In this document: positions 49,001-62,521 of the stretch, piece after piece
Layout of the letters: each line of letters opens with the position of its first letter
How positions within the stretch are numbered: position 1 is the stretch's first letter
Source: Octopus vulgaris
Taxonomy: Eukaryota
Assembly: GCA_951406725.2 (NCBI GenBank)
Contig: OX597822.1
Location: 63,178,001-63,242,000 of the forward strand
Direction: 5' to 3'
DNA length: 64,000 bases
Program-made: the position numbers and the translations under genes
Notes under the pieces: model-generated
The model's input: the letters and a program-made list of their open reading frames with translations, nothing else
The model's database searches: none
Told to the model about the DNA's origin: nothing

Positions 49001-52000
49001 TTGCACTGTGGCCATGCTGGAGCACCACCTTCAAGGATTTAGTCAAACAAATCAACTCCAGTAATTAAGTCTAGTACCTATTCTATCAGTGTCTTTTGCA
49101 AAACCACTAAGTTACAGAGATGTAAACAAACCAACTTTGGCTGTCAAACGGTGGTAGGACATAAACACACACACATATATAATGGTCTTCCTTCAATTTC
49201 CATCTACCAAATCCTTTCACAAGGCTTTGGTCAGCCCACGGCTATAGTAGAAGACACTTGCCCAAGGTACTGTGCTATGAGACTGAATCTGAATATTATA
49301 AAACAAACCTGTGCCTTTTGAAAATTATTTTTAAACTCATTTTCTTCTATTATTACATGATCAAAATTCCTGTTTATTCTATTGGCTTTTTTTTTTTTTT
49401 TTTCAGTCTTGTTTGAAGATTTTCAAATCTGTTGCAACAATAGAGAAAACTGTACAGAAGTGTAAGATTACACTTAATGATAAAGATGACAGATTGATGT
49501 TCAAATTGCACTGCAAACATGGTATGTCAATATTTATTATATATAGTTATTGTTATTATTATTCTTTATTTCTAAGGCAGCAAGCTGGAACACCACCTTG
49601 ATGGGTTTTAGTTGAACATATTGACCCCCAAGACTTTTTTCTTAAGCCCAGCACTTATTCTATCAGTCTCTTTTGCTGTGTGTACATATCTATGTATGTA
49701 TGTCTTTGTGTCTGTTTGTCCCCCACCACTGCTTAGTAGTTGGTATTGGTGGGTTTATGTCCCCATAACTTAATGGTTTGGCAAAAGAGACCAATAGAAT
49801 AAATATTAGGCTTTAAAAAAAATTAAGTCCTGGGGTTGATATATTCAGCTAAAACACCCATCATGCCCACAGTCAAAGAATTTAGTAAAATAACTTAATT
49901 ATCATTAAACCAGTGTTAGGAACATAAATTGTAACTATGGTTTGGTGGAAGATTTTAATTCAGAACTTTTGAAAACAAGACATTTGTGCTACAGAGCTAA
50001 AGACTGTTTCAACCGAGTTGGTATCAAAAGGGTTAATTGTATAGGTTCAACTCTTGTAGCCACCTGCTGGCAACTTTTTTTCTTGTCTTATAATAGTAAA
50101 ATACCCAATCTTTCTGCTGTTTTCACAGCTATATTTTGTTTGAAATTTACTTTCTTGTTTGTAAAATAAGAAATGCATTTGATGCTTCCAAAGTTTGTTT
50201 AAAAAATGTTTTGAATTCTGTTTCTTGTAGGAATTATCAAAACACACAATCTAGCATTTATCGAATGTGAAATGTTACAGGCAGTATTTGATGCAGACGA
50301 TTGTGAGAATCTCTTGATAGCTTCATCAAGGTGAGTAAATGATATGTTAGTTCAAGAATATTCTCTTTTCAAATATAGTTTCTTTGTTCATCATATGTTC
50401 AGTGAGTAAAATATCTCCTCTTTCATCAATCTAGTACAAATAAAAATCATACAATCATCATAACATCGACTTTCCATGCTGGCATGGGTTGGACAGTTTG
50501 ACAGCATCTGGCCAGGCAGAAGACTGCACCAAGGCGTATGAAGGCAGCGAGCTGGCAGAAACGTTAGCACGCCAGGCATAATGCTTAGCGGTATTTCGTC
50601 TGCCGCTATGTTCTGAGTTCAAATTCCGCCGATGTCGACTTTGCCTTTCATCCTTTCGGGATCGATTAAATAAGTACCAGTTACGCACTGGGGTCGATAT
50701 AATCGACTTAATCCGTTTGTCTGTCCTTGTTTGTCCTCTCTGTGTTTAGCCCCTTGTGGGTAGTAAAGAAATAGGTATTTCGTCTGACATTACGTTCTGA
50801 GTTCAAATCCCATGTGGATGGGAAGCAAGCTTCTTACCACACAGCCACACCTGAGCAACATAATTAGTTTGGTTTATTTTAAACTGTTTTTATTGCTGTT
50901 CTGTAATCAGATATCTATTAAAACAGCTGATGCCTTCTGCTGTTATGTATTTGATTTCTATTATAAAGGCTGATATTGTTTCCTTGTCCAGGCTTTTATG
51001 TGATGCTGTACTAAATTTCCAGAACAACCAAGAGGAAATAACTCTGGAAGTATCAAAGGAAAAAATTTCTTTCAAGAATCATGTGGATGAACCAGGTAAG
51101 ACAGGAATAGCCATGCAAAGATACAAAATTTCTTCGTGTGGTTGTAATTCCCGTGAAGAACTAATTTATCTTAGTTTCAAATAGCAATCTCTTAATTTTG
51201 CTAATACTACACAGTTCAAATTCCTTTAAGACCTGCAGGTTTGTTGATGATGCAAGAGGACTTCATATGCTTTTCAGTTCTTCATCATTTAACATCCACT
51301 TTTCTATGCTTGTATGGGTCAGGTGCAATTTGTTGAGGCAGATTTTCTATGGGCCAGTTGTCCTTCCTGAAGCCAACATTCACCTTTTTCCAAGCAGGAT
51401 GATATTTTTCTATGGCTAGACATGTTTTTCGTGAAGACGTCGCTTGTATGACAGTGATATTAGTTTACAACCATTGTGAAATCTCTACACATGAATACAT
51501 ACACGCACATAAAAAAGATTTACATATATATTTATATATATATACATATTTATATATACATATGTGTGTGTAGAAAGCACGTGGCACACTCTGTTAAGTG
51601 GTTGGCGTTAAGAAACCCTAACCAGCCATAGAAACCATGCCACAACAGACAACTGGAGCCTGGACAGCTTTCTGCTAACCAACTCCATGTCAAACCATCT
51701 GGTGGTGGTGGTGGTGGTGGTGGTGGCGGCAGCAGTATGTCATGCTTGAGAAGAAGACCCATTAAGCCAAGTAAAATCATAATCAAAGCAGATACTAGTG
51801 GCGCGTAAAAGCACCCATTACACTCTTGGAATGGTTGGCATTAGGAAGGGCATCCAGTTGTAGAAACCATACCAAATCAGACTTGAGTCTGGTGCAGCCT
51901 CTCAGCTAACCAGCCCTGGTCAAAACCATCCAACCCATGCTAGCATGGACGATGAACATTAAATGATGATGATGAAAAAGGCTGTGAATTAACAGAATCA

Positions 52001-52977
52001 TTCGAGTGTCAGATAGAATGCCTTGTATTATTCATTCTGGTTCTCTGCACTATGAGTTCAAATCCCACTGAAAGCAACTTCGCCTTTCCTCCTTTTCAGA
52101 TCAATAAAGTAGCGTTATCTTAAAAATTCAGTCTTACCATTGCAAAATGTTTGCTTTATTATTTTCTGAAATTCTTGCTGCAAATTTACTTTCCAACATT
52201 GCTTCTTTCCGCAGATCCCAAAAAGTATATGCGGACAGAGTTAAACCTTCTTCCCGATGAATTTGAAGAATGCAAGATTGCTAACAATACGAATATTACA
52301 TTTTGTCTTAAAGAACTTCGCGTAAGCATCTTACTGATATGCTATTGTCTACATCTTCAACGTTTAGCTTGCTAATTTTTATGTTTAAGCTGAAAAAAGG
52401 AGTCACTCAGATTAGTTCATACAAGAAAATATATAGTAGAGGATACATATATATTCTTTTATTCTTTTACTTGCTTCACTCATTTGACTGCGGCCATGCT
52501 GGAGCACCGCCTTTAGTCAAAGAAATAAACCCCAGGACTTATTCTTTGTAAGCCTAGTACTTATTCTATCGGTTTCTTTTGCCGAACCATTAAGTCTCAG
52601 AGACATAAATACACCAACATCAATTGTCAAGAGATGACAGGGGGACAAACACAGACAAATATACATATACATACACACACACACATATATGTATATGCAC
52701 ACACACACATATATATATATATACACACACACATGACGGGCTTCTTTCAGTTTACGTCTACCAAATCCACTCACAAGGCTTTGGTTGACCTGAAACTTAG
52801 TAGAAGACACTTGCCCAAGGTGCCATGCAGTGGATCTGAACCTGTAACGGTGTGGTTGGAAAGCTAGCTTCTTGCCACACAGCCATGCCTATATATATAT
52901 ATTATTTATATATATATATATATATATAATGTATGAAAATATATATATATATATATATAGAAAATATGTATGTATGG

Positions 52978-53026
<49 letters not shown>

Positions 53027-56000
53027 TATATACATATATAAGTAAAAGGTGAACAACAATCAATTGAAAGGTCAATAAACAGTTGTGGGAAAACCTTTCA
53101 CCAGGTTTAGTACATAACAGGTTTAGTACTGAAAAATATGCTACTGCTTACCATGGTACTGCCAGAGATTATAAAAATCACTAGGGTAGAAGAGTCGACA
53201 ATGTGAACAAGGAATATAGAGACATGGCAAAGATGAAACAATAAAGAAGTGTTTCGACTCTTTAACTTGCCATACTTTATCTGGGTCTTCTTGTAAATTT
53301 AAGTGACAATTAATTTTTCAGTTCTAATATCTGCTGTGGAATAGGGTTGATATTTATTGACAAATACTTATGCAATTGTCTTTTTTTTTTTTTTTCCTTT
53401 TTCTTCTTGTAGGCTATCCTATCTTTTGCTGAGGCAACCAATCTTCCCGTCAAACTCTACTTTGATACCTATGGCAGGTATGTAGACTATGGTTTGCATT
53501 TCCTTCGTGTTTGTGGTAGTGGATTATAGTTCTAGTTATAACTTGGTTGTATCCTAGGTGTATCCTGTTGGAATAATGGTTTCAAATTTTGGTACATCAT
53601 CATCATCATCATTTAACGTCCGTTTCCCATGCTAGCATGGGTTGGACAGTTCGACTGGGCTCTGGGAAGCTAGGAGGCTGCACCAGGCTCCAATCTGATC
53701 TGGCAGTGTTTCTACAGCTGGATGCCCTTCCTAATGCCAACCACTCCGTGAGTGTAGTGGGTGCTTTTTACATGCCACTGGCATAGGGGCCAGAGGAGGC
53801 TGGCAACGGCCACAGTCGGTTGGTGCTTTTTACGTGCCACCAACACAGGTTTCACAACTACAATCTGTATTTGATTTTTATTTTGATGTTGATGTACTTG
53901 CAGCAAGTTGCCCTACGATCCCAGGTAAGCACAGCAGGCTGTCCTGCTAGCCATGAACTCACTTCATTTGTTGGGCCTTCACAGTCACAGCATATCTCCA
54001 TCACATCATCATCATCATCGTTTAACGTCTGCCTTCCATGCTGGTGTGGGTGGGAAGGTTTGACAGGAGCTGGCCAGGCAGAAGACTGCACCAGACTTCT
54101 GGGCTCTGTTTTGGCTTGGCCTTTAGGCTGGAAGCCCTTTCAACACCAACCACCCTGAAAAGTGGACTGAGTGCTTCTTATGTGGCACCAGAACAGACAA
54201 GGTCAGTTTTGGCATGGTTTTACAGCTGGATGGCCTTCCAAATGCCAACCACTTTACAATGTGGACTGTATGCTTTTTACGTGGTACCAGCACTGGCAGG
54301 GTCATCAAGTAACCGGTTGCTTCCTTAAACTACCCCTACTTTATCTCTATTTGCTATTTTGTATCACAAAATTCATGAAAAGAACCTTATTATGTTGGGA
54401 GAGCTTTGTAAAAAAGATGAATTTAAGAAACTAATGAAGATCTCATTTGATGGAATGTTAGAATTAGAGAAGCATCTAACATTGCCATCATCATCATTTT
54501 TAACATCTGCTTTTCCATGCTTGCATGGGTTGGACAGAGTTTATTGAGGCAGTTTTTCTATATCCAGATGCTCCTCCTGTTTCCAAGCAAGGCAATATTT
54601 CCCCATGGCCAGACATGTTTTTGCAGAATATTAGAAATGAACAACACTGCTTGTATGACAGTGCCATTCATTTACAGCTGTCATGTGATGCTAAGACAGA
54701 TAGATATAAACATACTCCCTCACTCTATCTTTCTCACGTGCACACACACACACACACACACACACACAATAGGCTTCTTTCAGTTTCTGTCTACCAAATC
54801 TACTCTTAAGGTTTTAATTGGCTCAGGTCTATAGTAGGAAATACTTGCCTAAAGTGTCATACAGTGGGACTGAACCTGAAACCATATGCTTAGGAAGTGG
54901 TCTTCTTAACCACACAATCTTACTTACACCTAAGCCATGCCTACACCTGCCATAGTTATGAAACACAAAAGTAGGTTGGGCAGCATTGAGTCCACAAATA
55001 CCTTTTGTGTTGTGGATTCTACATAAGACAACGTTCAACAAATGATACTTTGTCTTCCTTCTTCAAAACTGCAACCAGCTTACATTTTGACTCTAAATGT
55101 TATTTTAAAATATTAACTCCTAACAAGTCTCTTTTGTTTTTGTTTGTTTTGGTTTTTTTTTTTCATTTTCCTTCTTTTATTTTTTTTTTTTTAGGCCAAT
55201 TATATACTCAATTCAGAGTGAGAGACTGTTTGAAGCAAATTTTGTGTTAGCTACACTTGCTGAGAATGAAGATAATACATGTAGTCAAGCTTTATCAAAT
55301 AACAAGAAAGCTAACCACACAAAAGGGTAAGATTACAACTTTAATACAGTAACTTCAAGTATATTTACGTAAAAGTGGCCCAAGGTTATTAATTTCATGT
55401 TAATTGGAAATACAAAATATGCTTAAGTGGCCTGTTTGCTTTTTAAAGTCACTGACTTTGATCATGTGTTTGGCAACTACCTCATAAAAGAAATAAAAAT
55501 TTTTGTGTGGAAATAAATTTTTTGTAATTTCTTTTTTCTTGTTTAATTTATTAAGAAAATATATTTTCAAATATCATTTTTAATGATTTCCTTTTTTCTT
55601 TTTTTTTTTTTGTCTTCTTCAGCAAACAATCTAAACTCTCTGCACATTCATCTAAAGCATCACCAGGGAAACACAAAGGATCTGATAGAGAAGCTGCAAA
55701 TAATATGTAAGTTAACAGTTCACTGATTGAGGACCTGCTTAATGTTTAGAGCATTAGCTGCAGGCATGGCTATATGGTTAAGAAGTTTGCTTTGCAATCA
55801 TGTGGTCTTAAGTTTCTGTTCCACTGCACTGTGCTTTGTGCAAGTGTCTTCTCCTGTAACTTTGGCTACAATGCCTTTTGAGTGATTTCTGCAGAGGAAA
55901 ATTGTATAAAACTCATCATCTTCATCATCACCACCACCACCACTGCTACCGCCATCATCATCGTCGTTATTTTTATGTCCATTTTTCCAAGCTTGCAACA

Positions 56001-59000
56001 CAACATCCCACCACACTTTTTGCTTTCCATTGTTGTCTGTTGTGTGAAATCTAGTTTCCTGAGATCAGCCTTCACCACTTCTGCTCCATGTCTTCCTCGG
56101 TCTTCTTCTTCCATTGGATCCTTCACCCACTTGTAGGTAAAGAAATATCCAGAAATTCATACAAAAGAATCCAATGTGTGTGTGTGTGTATACATATTTT
56201 ATATAAATCAGTTGAGCAGCCCTTTATAAAAACTTTCCCTCACCCCAAAATTTGAGGTTTTCTCTATTGCTGCGTATGCTGGACAATGAAGGAGCACAAA
56301 TAATCAGAAACTGTGAGACCTATCTAATCCATGCCAACATGGGAAAAACAACACAAAATAATAAAGTTTCTCATTTGTAAGCTAACTAAAACAAAAAGAT
56401 TATGTATCCAAAGCTGAAGATTTCATCCAATTAGCATTTTTACTTCTCATCATCAGCAGCGGCATTATTTAACATCCACTTTTCCACGAGGCAGATTTTC
56501 TATGGATGTATGCCTTTCCTGTCACCAACTCTTGCCTTCTTCCAAGCAAGGTAATATTTCCCCATAGCCAGGCATGTTTTTGCTGAATATCAGAATTGGA
56601 GGACATTAATTGTATAACGGTTACATCTGTTTACAACTATCATGCAATGTCAAGACAAAGACACACACACACACACATACACAGATGCACAGGCATGCGA
56701 GTGAGTAGACAAATGAAAGGTCACTCAACACATTTATTGGGAGTTATATGTTTGAATCAAACAGTTTGATCCATATATATATATATATATAATAACAATA
56801 AAGGGTAAAATTAATTAATTAATAATTAATAATTTTACCAAATAGTTTGGCATGTTAAAAGAACCATTATCAGTACAGTTAAACAAAATTTTTTTTTATA
56901 ATTATGAGTATAATTATAATTAGGGTTCAGCAAAACATTTGTTTCACCACATACCGAAATTTAGAAATAACAGCCAAAACTAGCTATACTCTACCATGAG
57001 AGAATCTCCCAGACAACAATACTCAACAACCCACATAGTCAAAGAGAAAAAAAATAATGAATTCACCCGACTTCGATTAACTGTAGACGCGTTTTGGAGT
57101 TAGATAGATATGAAAAATGCAAAAACCACTTTTCCACTCCATCATTCTCGCTCTTCAGTACAGTATTTCAAGATTTTAAATTTGAGAGCACTGTAAAAAA
57201 ATTGAACATACTTTATCTGATCGAGCGACATCAGACAAACTACATCCAATGACCAGTGCTTCTGAATTCAAACAGACAAATGAGATCTCGCATTCACCCC
57301 CACCTTATAGTAGAAGACACTTGCCCAAGGTGCCATATAGTGGGACTAAATCCAGAACCACATGGTTGAGAAGCAAACTTCACACCACACAGCATGCCTT
57401 TGGGTTCTTTAAACTTTTTGGTAGCACAAACTAACCCAAGTAAATATTTATATATACTTTAAGGCAATGAGCTGATGGAATCATTAGTACGCCGGTCAAA
57501 ATGCATAGTAGTATTTCGTCTGTCTTTACATTCCGGGTTCCAATGCTGCCAGGGTTGACTTCACCTTTCATCCTTTCAGGGTCAATAAAATAAGTACCAG
57601 TTGAGCACAGGGGTTGATGTAATTGACTTAACCCGTCCCCCAAAATAGCTGGCCTTGTACCAAAATTTGAAATCAATATTTATATTGGGTTGTCCGGAAA
57701 GTTCGTGCTGATTTATAGTAGCTTATCATTCAACTTATTTTAGAACATGGTTGAGTCCATAAAATAGGATTTGACTACACCTCAATTTAGAGCACAGTTT
57801 AAGCTATCTTTTCGTGGAAGAAGGTTTATGTTCCTATAACCTGTGTTAACTCTGTAACCCTTTAAAATGGAAGATAAGAAAGTTCATTTTCAGCACTTGA
57901 TGCTTTGGGAACCAGACAAAAATTGCTGCAGCTCGGCTGGGATGTGTTACCCCACCCTCCTTATTCACCAGATATTGCTCCTTTGGATTTCCACTTATTC
58001 AGGTCTCTGCAGAATAGTCTTAATGGTAAAAGTTTCAATTCCTTGGATGACATAAAAATATACTTTGATGAATTCTTTGCCATGAAACCACCTCAATTCT
58101 GGGAAGAGGGTATTTTCAAGTTAAAGGAAAGATGGAGATGCATTGTGCAACAAAATGGTTCATATTTGGTTGATTAAAAAGGTAATGGCAAGTATTGACC
58201 TTTTTCTTTCCTTTAAAAATCAGCACAAACTTTCCAGACAACCCTATACTTTATTCTTAATTAGGCCAACCTCCTGTCAGATGGATGCAGATGATTCTTT
58301 CAATGATGATTCCATCTTTGTGGAATGGGATGAGTTTACAGTAAATGAGCCTGGTGATGTAAGTACACCCAATGTTTCAAGTTATGCTCACCAAAAACCC
58401 ACAGAAAGTTCACCAAAGAGCAAGCAAATAGTTAACTCTCATAAAAAAGCTTCTGAACATGACTCTCAAGAAGAATCTAACAGTCCAGTTATAGCTGTTC
58501 AGGTAAGGAGAAACATGAATTTCTTTTGTTCTATTGTTTTATCAATATTTATCATCATCATCATCATCATTATTTTAATGTGCATTTTTCCCATGCTTGC
58601 TTGGATCTGATAGAATTTGTTGAGGCAGATTTTCTACAGCTGGACCCCTGCTCCTGTTGTCGACCATCATCAGTTTCCAAGTAAGGTAATATTTCCCCAT
58701 GGCTAAACATGTTTTCCTGAAAGATTGGAAACACAACACGAAAGACTTGAATTGTATCATCATCATCAACACCATTTAACGTCTGTTTTCCATGCTGGCA
58801 TGACCAGAACTAGTAAGGCAAGGGGCCACACCAGGCTCCATTGTCTGTTCTGGTATGGTTTCTATGACTGGATACCTTTCATAACACCAACCACTCCACA
58901 GAGTGTACTGGGTGCTTTCGCTGTGGCACCAGCACCAGTTTCAATTCTGCTGTGGTATATAGGTTTTCTTGAGTACAGCAAAGCGCCAGATATCTCAGTC

Positions 59001-62000
59001 TCTTGTCATTGCCTTCTTAAGGCTCAGTGTCTTTATATTGGTCTTCAGTTTGTATACCATTCTGAGTTCTCCACTCCAGCTTTCTTTTTATATGATAATG
59101 TTGATAATATAGAGACTAATCCAATGAAAATTATTGCACTCTATGACACCAATGTTAACAAGAACTCTACTGTCATTCATGAGTAAGAATTTTGTTTTCA
59201 TTCTGTTCCAGTTCATTCCCAAGCCTAATCTCCACGTCTCTATACAAAACAATGATGAAGATAATAACGATGATAGTGAAGATGATGTCATTCCTGGAAC
59301 ACCTCCTAGTAAAAAAGTAAGAATTGAGGAATTATTAAATGCTTTTATATAGCATAAAAATATACAAACTGAAGATATTCAATTGAATATTTAGGCAAAT
59401 GGTTTATGCATAAATACTAAGATATATGAGTGTTGTTGATTAGTCCCAAGACAATTTTGATTGAACAGACCATTGATTAAAAGCATTCCAATTATGACCA
59501 TCCCATCATTCCAGAGGTTTATAGGAGTATTTTATCTCATGTCTCCTTTCCTTTTCAAATTTGAATAAAGTGTATGGGGGTGGCATTTAGCTGCTATTTC
59601 AGCAAAATTGAGCAACTAATTTCTTGACGTGGAAAACTTCCACATCACCCATCAACATTTAACATCCATTTTCCATGCAGGCATAGGTTGGATTGTTTGA
59701 AAGGGGCTGGCCAGCCAGATAGCTGTCCAGGCTCCAGTTATGTTTTGGCTTGGCTTCTATACCTAGATGCTTTTCCTAAGGCCAACAACATTACAGAGTG
59801 TACTGGGTGCTTTTTACCTGGCACCAGCATGGGTACTTTATTCGTGACCCCAGCACAGGAACTTTATAACATGGCACCAGCAGGGCTGCTTTCTACATGA
59901 CACAGATGCTTTTTACATGGCACCAGCACACAAGCTTTTTATGTGCCCTCAAATGGGTGCTTTTCTACGTGGCACCAGCACAGGTGCTGCCTATGTGACA
60001 CTGACACGGGTGCTTTTACAAATAAATTTAATGGCTCTAAAATTATGAGATAGTGACAATAGAACAATGCTAATATTTTGGGGACAATGCTGCCACTTTA
60101 CCTACAGCCACCTTAGTCTGCATTCCCAAAAACCCAATTATAAACATCCAGGAGTGGCTGTGTGGTAAGTAGCTTGCTTACCAACCACATAGTTCCAGGT
60201 TCAGTCACGCTGCATGGCACCTTGGGCAAGTGTCTTCTACTATAGCCTCGGGCCGACCAAAGCCTTGTGAGCGGATTTGGTAGACGGAAACTGAAAGAAG
60301 CCTGTTGTATATATGTATATATATGTGCGTGTGTCTGTGTTTGTCCTCCCAACATCGCTTGACAACTGATGCTGGTGTGTTTACGTCCCCGTAATTTAGT
60401 GGTTTGGCAAAAGAGACCAATTGCTTATGAAACACATGGTTCCAGGTTCAGTCCCACTTGGGCAAGTGTCTTCTACTATAGCCTCGGGCCAACCAAAGCC
60501 TTGTGAGTGGATTTGGTAGACGGAAACTGAAAGAAGCCCGTCATATATATGTTTGTGTTTGTCCCTCCCCCCCAACATCGCTTGAGAACCAATGCTGGTG
60601 TGTTTACGTCCCCGTAATATTAGCAGTTCAGCATAAGAGACCGCTAACAAAGAATAAGTCCTGGGGTCAATTTCCTCGACTAAAGGCAGTGCTCCAGCAT
60701 TGCCACAGTCAAATAACTGAAACAAGTAAAAGAGTTTCTTCTCTTTTCATCTTCTGTCACTATCACACTGTCTCTGCTCATCTGAACTAGCTAGCTAAAT
60801 ATTCCCTTCAGTCCCTACTCACTTAACATCTCTTTCCCTCTTTATCACCCTTACTGCCCTTTGGAATTCTCTCCCGGCAGACATTGATGCACAAATGATT
60901 AAAATAAACTTCAACCACATCAATCTCACCGATCTGAGAGAGCACATACTCTTTTTACTTGTTTCAGTCATTTGACTACGGTCATGCTGGAGCACCGCCT
61001 TCAGTCAAGCAAATCGACCCCAGGACTTATTCTTTGTAAGCCTAGTACTTATTCTATCGGTCTCTTTTGCCGAACCACTAAGTTACGGGGACGTAAACAC
61101 CCCAGCATCAGTTGTCAAGCGATGTTGGGGGGACAAGCATAGACACGCAAACACACATACACATACAAATACATATATATGATGAGCTTCTTTCAGTTTT
61201 CATCTACCAAATCCACTCACAAGGCTTTGGTCGGCCCAAGGCTATAGTAGAAGACACTTGTCCAAGGTGCCACGCAGTGGGACTGAACCCGGAACCATGT
61301 GGTTCGCAAGCAAGCTACTTACCACACAGCCACTTCTGCTCAATTTTAGTAAACCATTGAGAAAGCCTCTAGAAACAGCAGCCAAATCTCCCTAATACCA
61401 CCCGCTACTATCTTTAAAACAAGAAAATGTTGGATAATGTACTCCTGGATTCCATAGACATAGAAAAAAGATGGAGTGGTCGTAACTGGAATGCCTTTGA
61501 TCACATGCCTGTTTTATAAAGGCTGACCTGAAACTAAACACATCACAATTTTAACATCCTCTTTTACTTTTTTTTATTTTTCACTCTGACATCTATTAGA
61601 GGTACGAGACATTTTAGCACAACCATTCTGGCACAGCCATTTGGCATTACTGATTCAACACTGGCCTATTTGACATCACACATTTTAGTGTTTCTCTTAT
61701 TCCTTACCTCTCCCCTCTCTTCCTCCTCCATCTCTCTCCCTCTCTTCCTCGTCTCTCCCTCCCACTCTGTGTATCTAGTTAAGTTTGTATGTACATTTTA
61801 TCTTTTACTTGCTTCAATCATTAGACTGTGGCCATGCTGGGGCACCACCTTGAATATTTTTTTAGTTGAATGAATTGACCTCAACACCTTTTTAAGCCTG
61901 GTGCTTATTCTGTCAGTCTCTTTTGTTGAACAGCTGAGTTACTGGGATGTAAACACACCAACACTAGTTGTCAGGTAATGGTGGGGGACAAACACAGGCA

Positions 62001-62478
62001 CAAAGACACACACAAATAGATATATAGATATGTGTGTGTGTGTGTGTGCGTGTATGTATATATATATATATATATATATATACTCATACATATATCACCT
62101 TGATCACCCGCTGTCCACTTCTCTCTGGATCGCGCCTTTCTCATCCATGTGATCCCAATCGCCTTCCTGAAATCGTAACTCCACCGTCGTGAAGGCCTTC
62201 CAAGTGGTCGATTCTGCTCATGTGGGTACCACTCGACAACTGTGCAGGTCCACCAATTATCAGGCGACATGTCCAGACCATTTAAACTTGCTGTGTGTAT
62301 ATTCTATAATGACATCCCTCACGCCGGACTTCTCTTTGATGACCTCGCTACTGATGTGCTCTCTCAACGAGATTCCAAGCATTGACCTTTCCATTGCTCT
62401 TTGAGCCGTTACCAATCTCTGCTCTTCTCTCTTTGTTGTAGCCCATGTTTCACTACCATATAACAATGTTATATATAC

Positions 62479-62521
<43 letters not shown>

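Noticed and set aside
53240-53295. Minus-strand AAGAAG...GTCGAAAC-ACTTCTT hammerhead-like half
   Set aside because: CUGANGA and the cleavage triplet are absent
59080-59182. Extra RAD9 exon ending GA|GTAAGA
   Set aside because: Would leave a 29-nt intron and break the phase; exons 11 and 12 already join in frame
59800-60020. CRISPR-like repeat array
   Set aside because: Eukaryotic context, degenerate units without regular unique spacers, no cas genes
60113-61360. Recurrent ORFs such as '[19 protein letters not shown]' and 'RHLPKVP'
   Set aside because: Translations of the non-coding family A SINE
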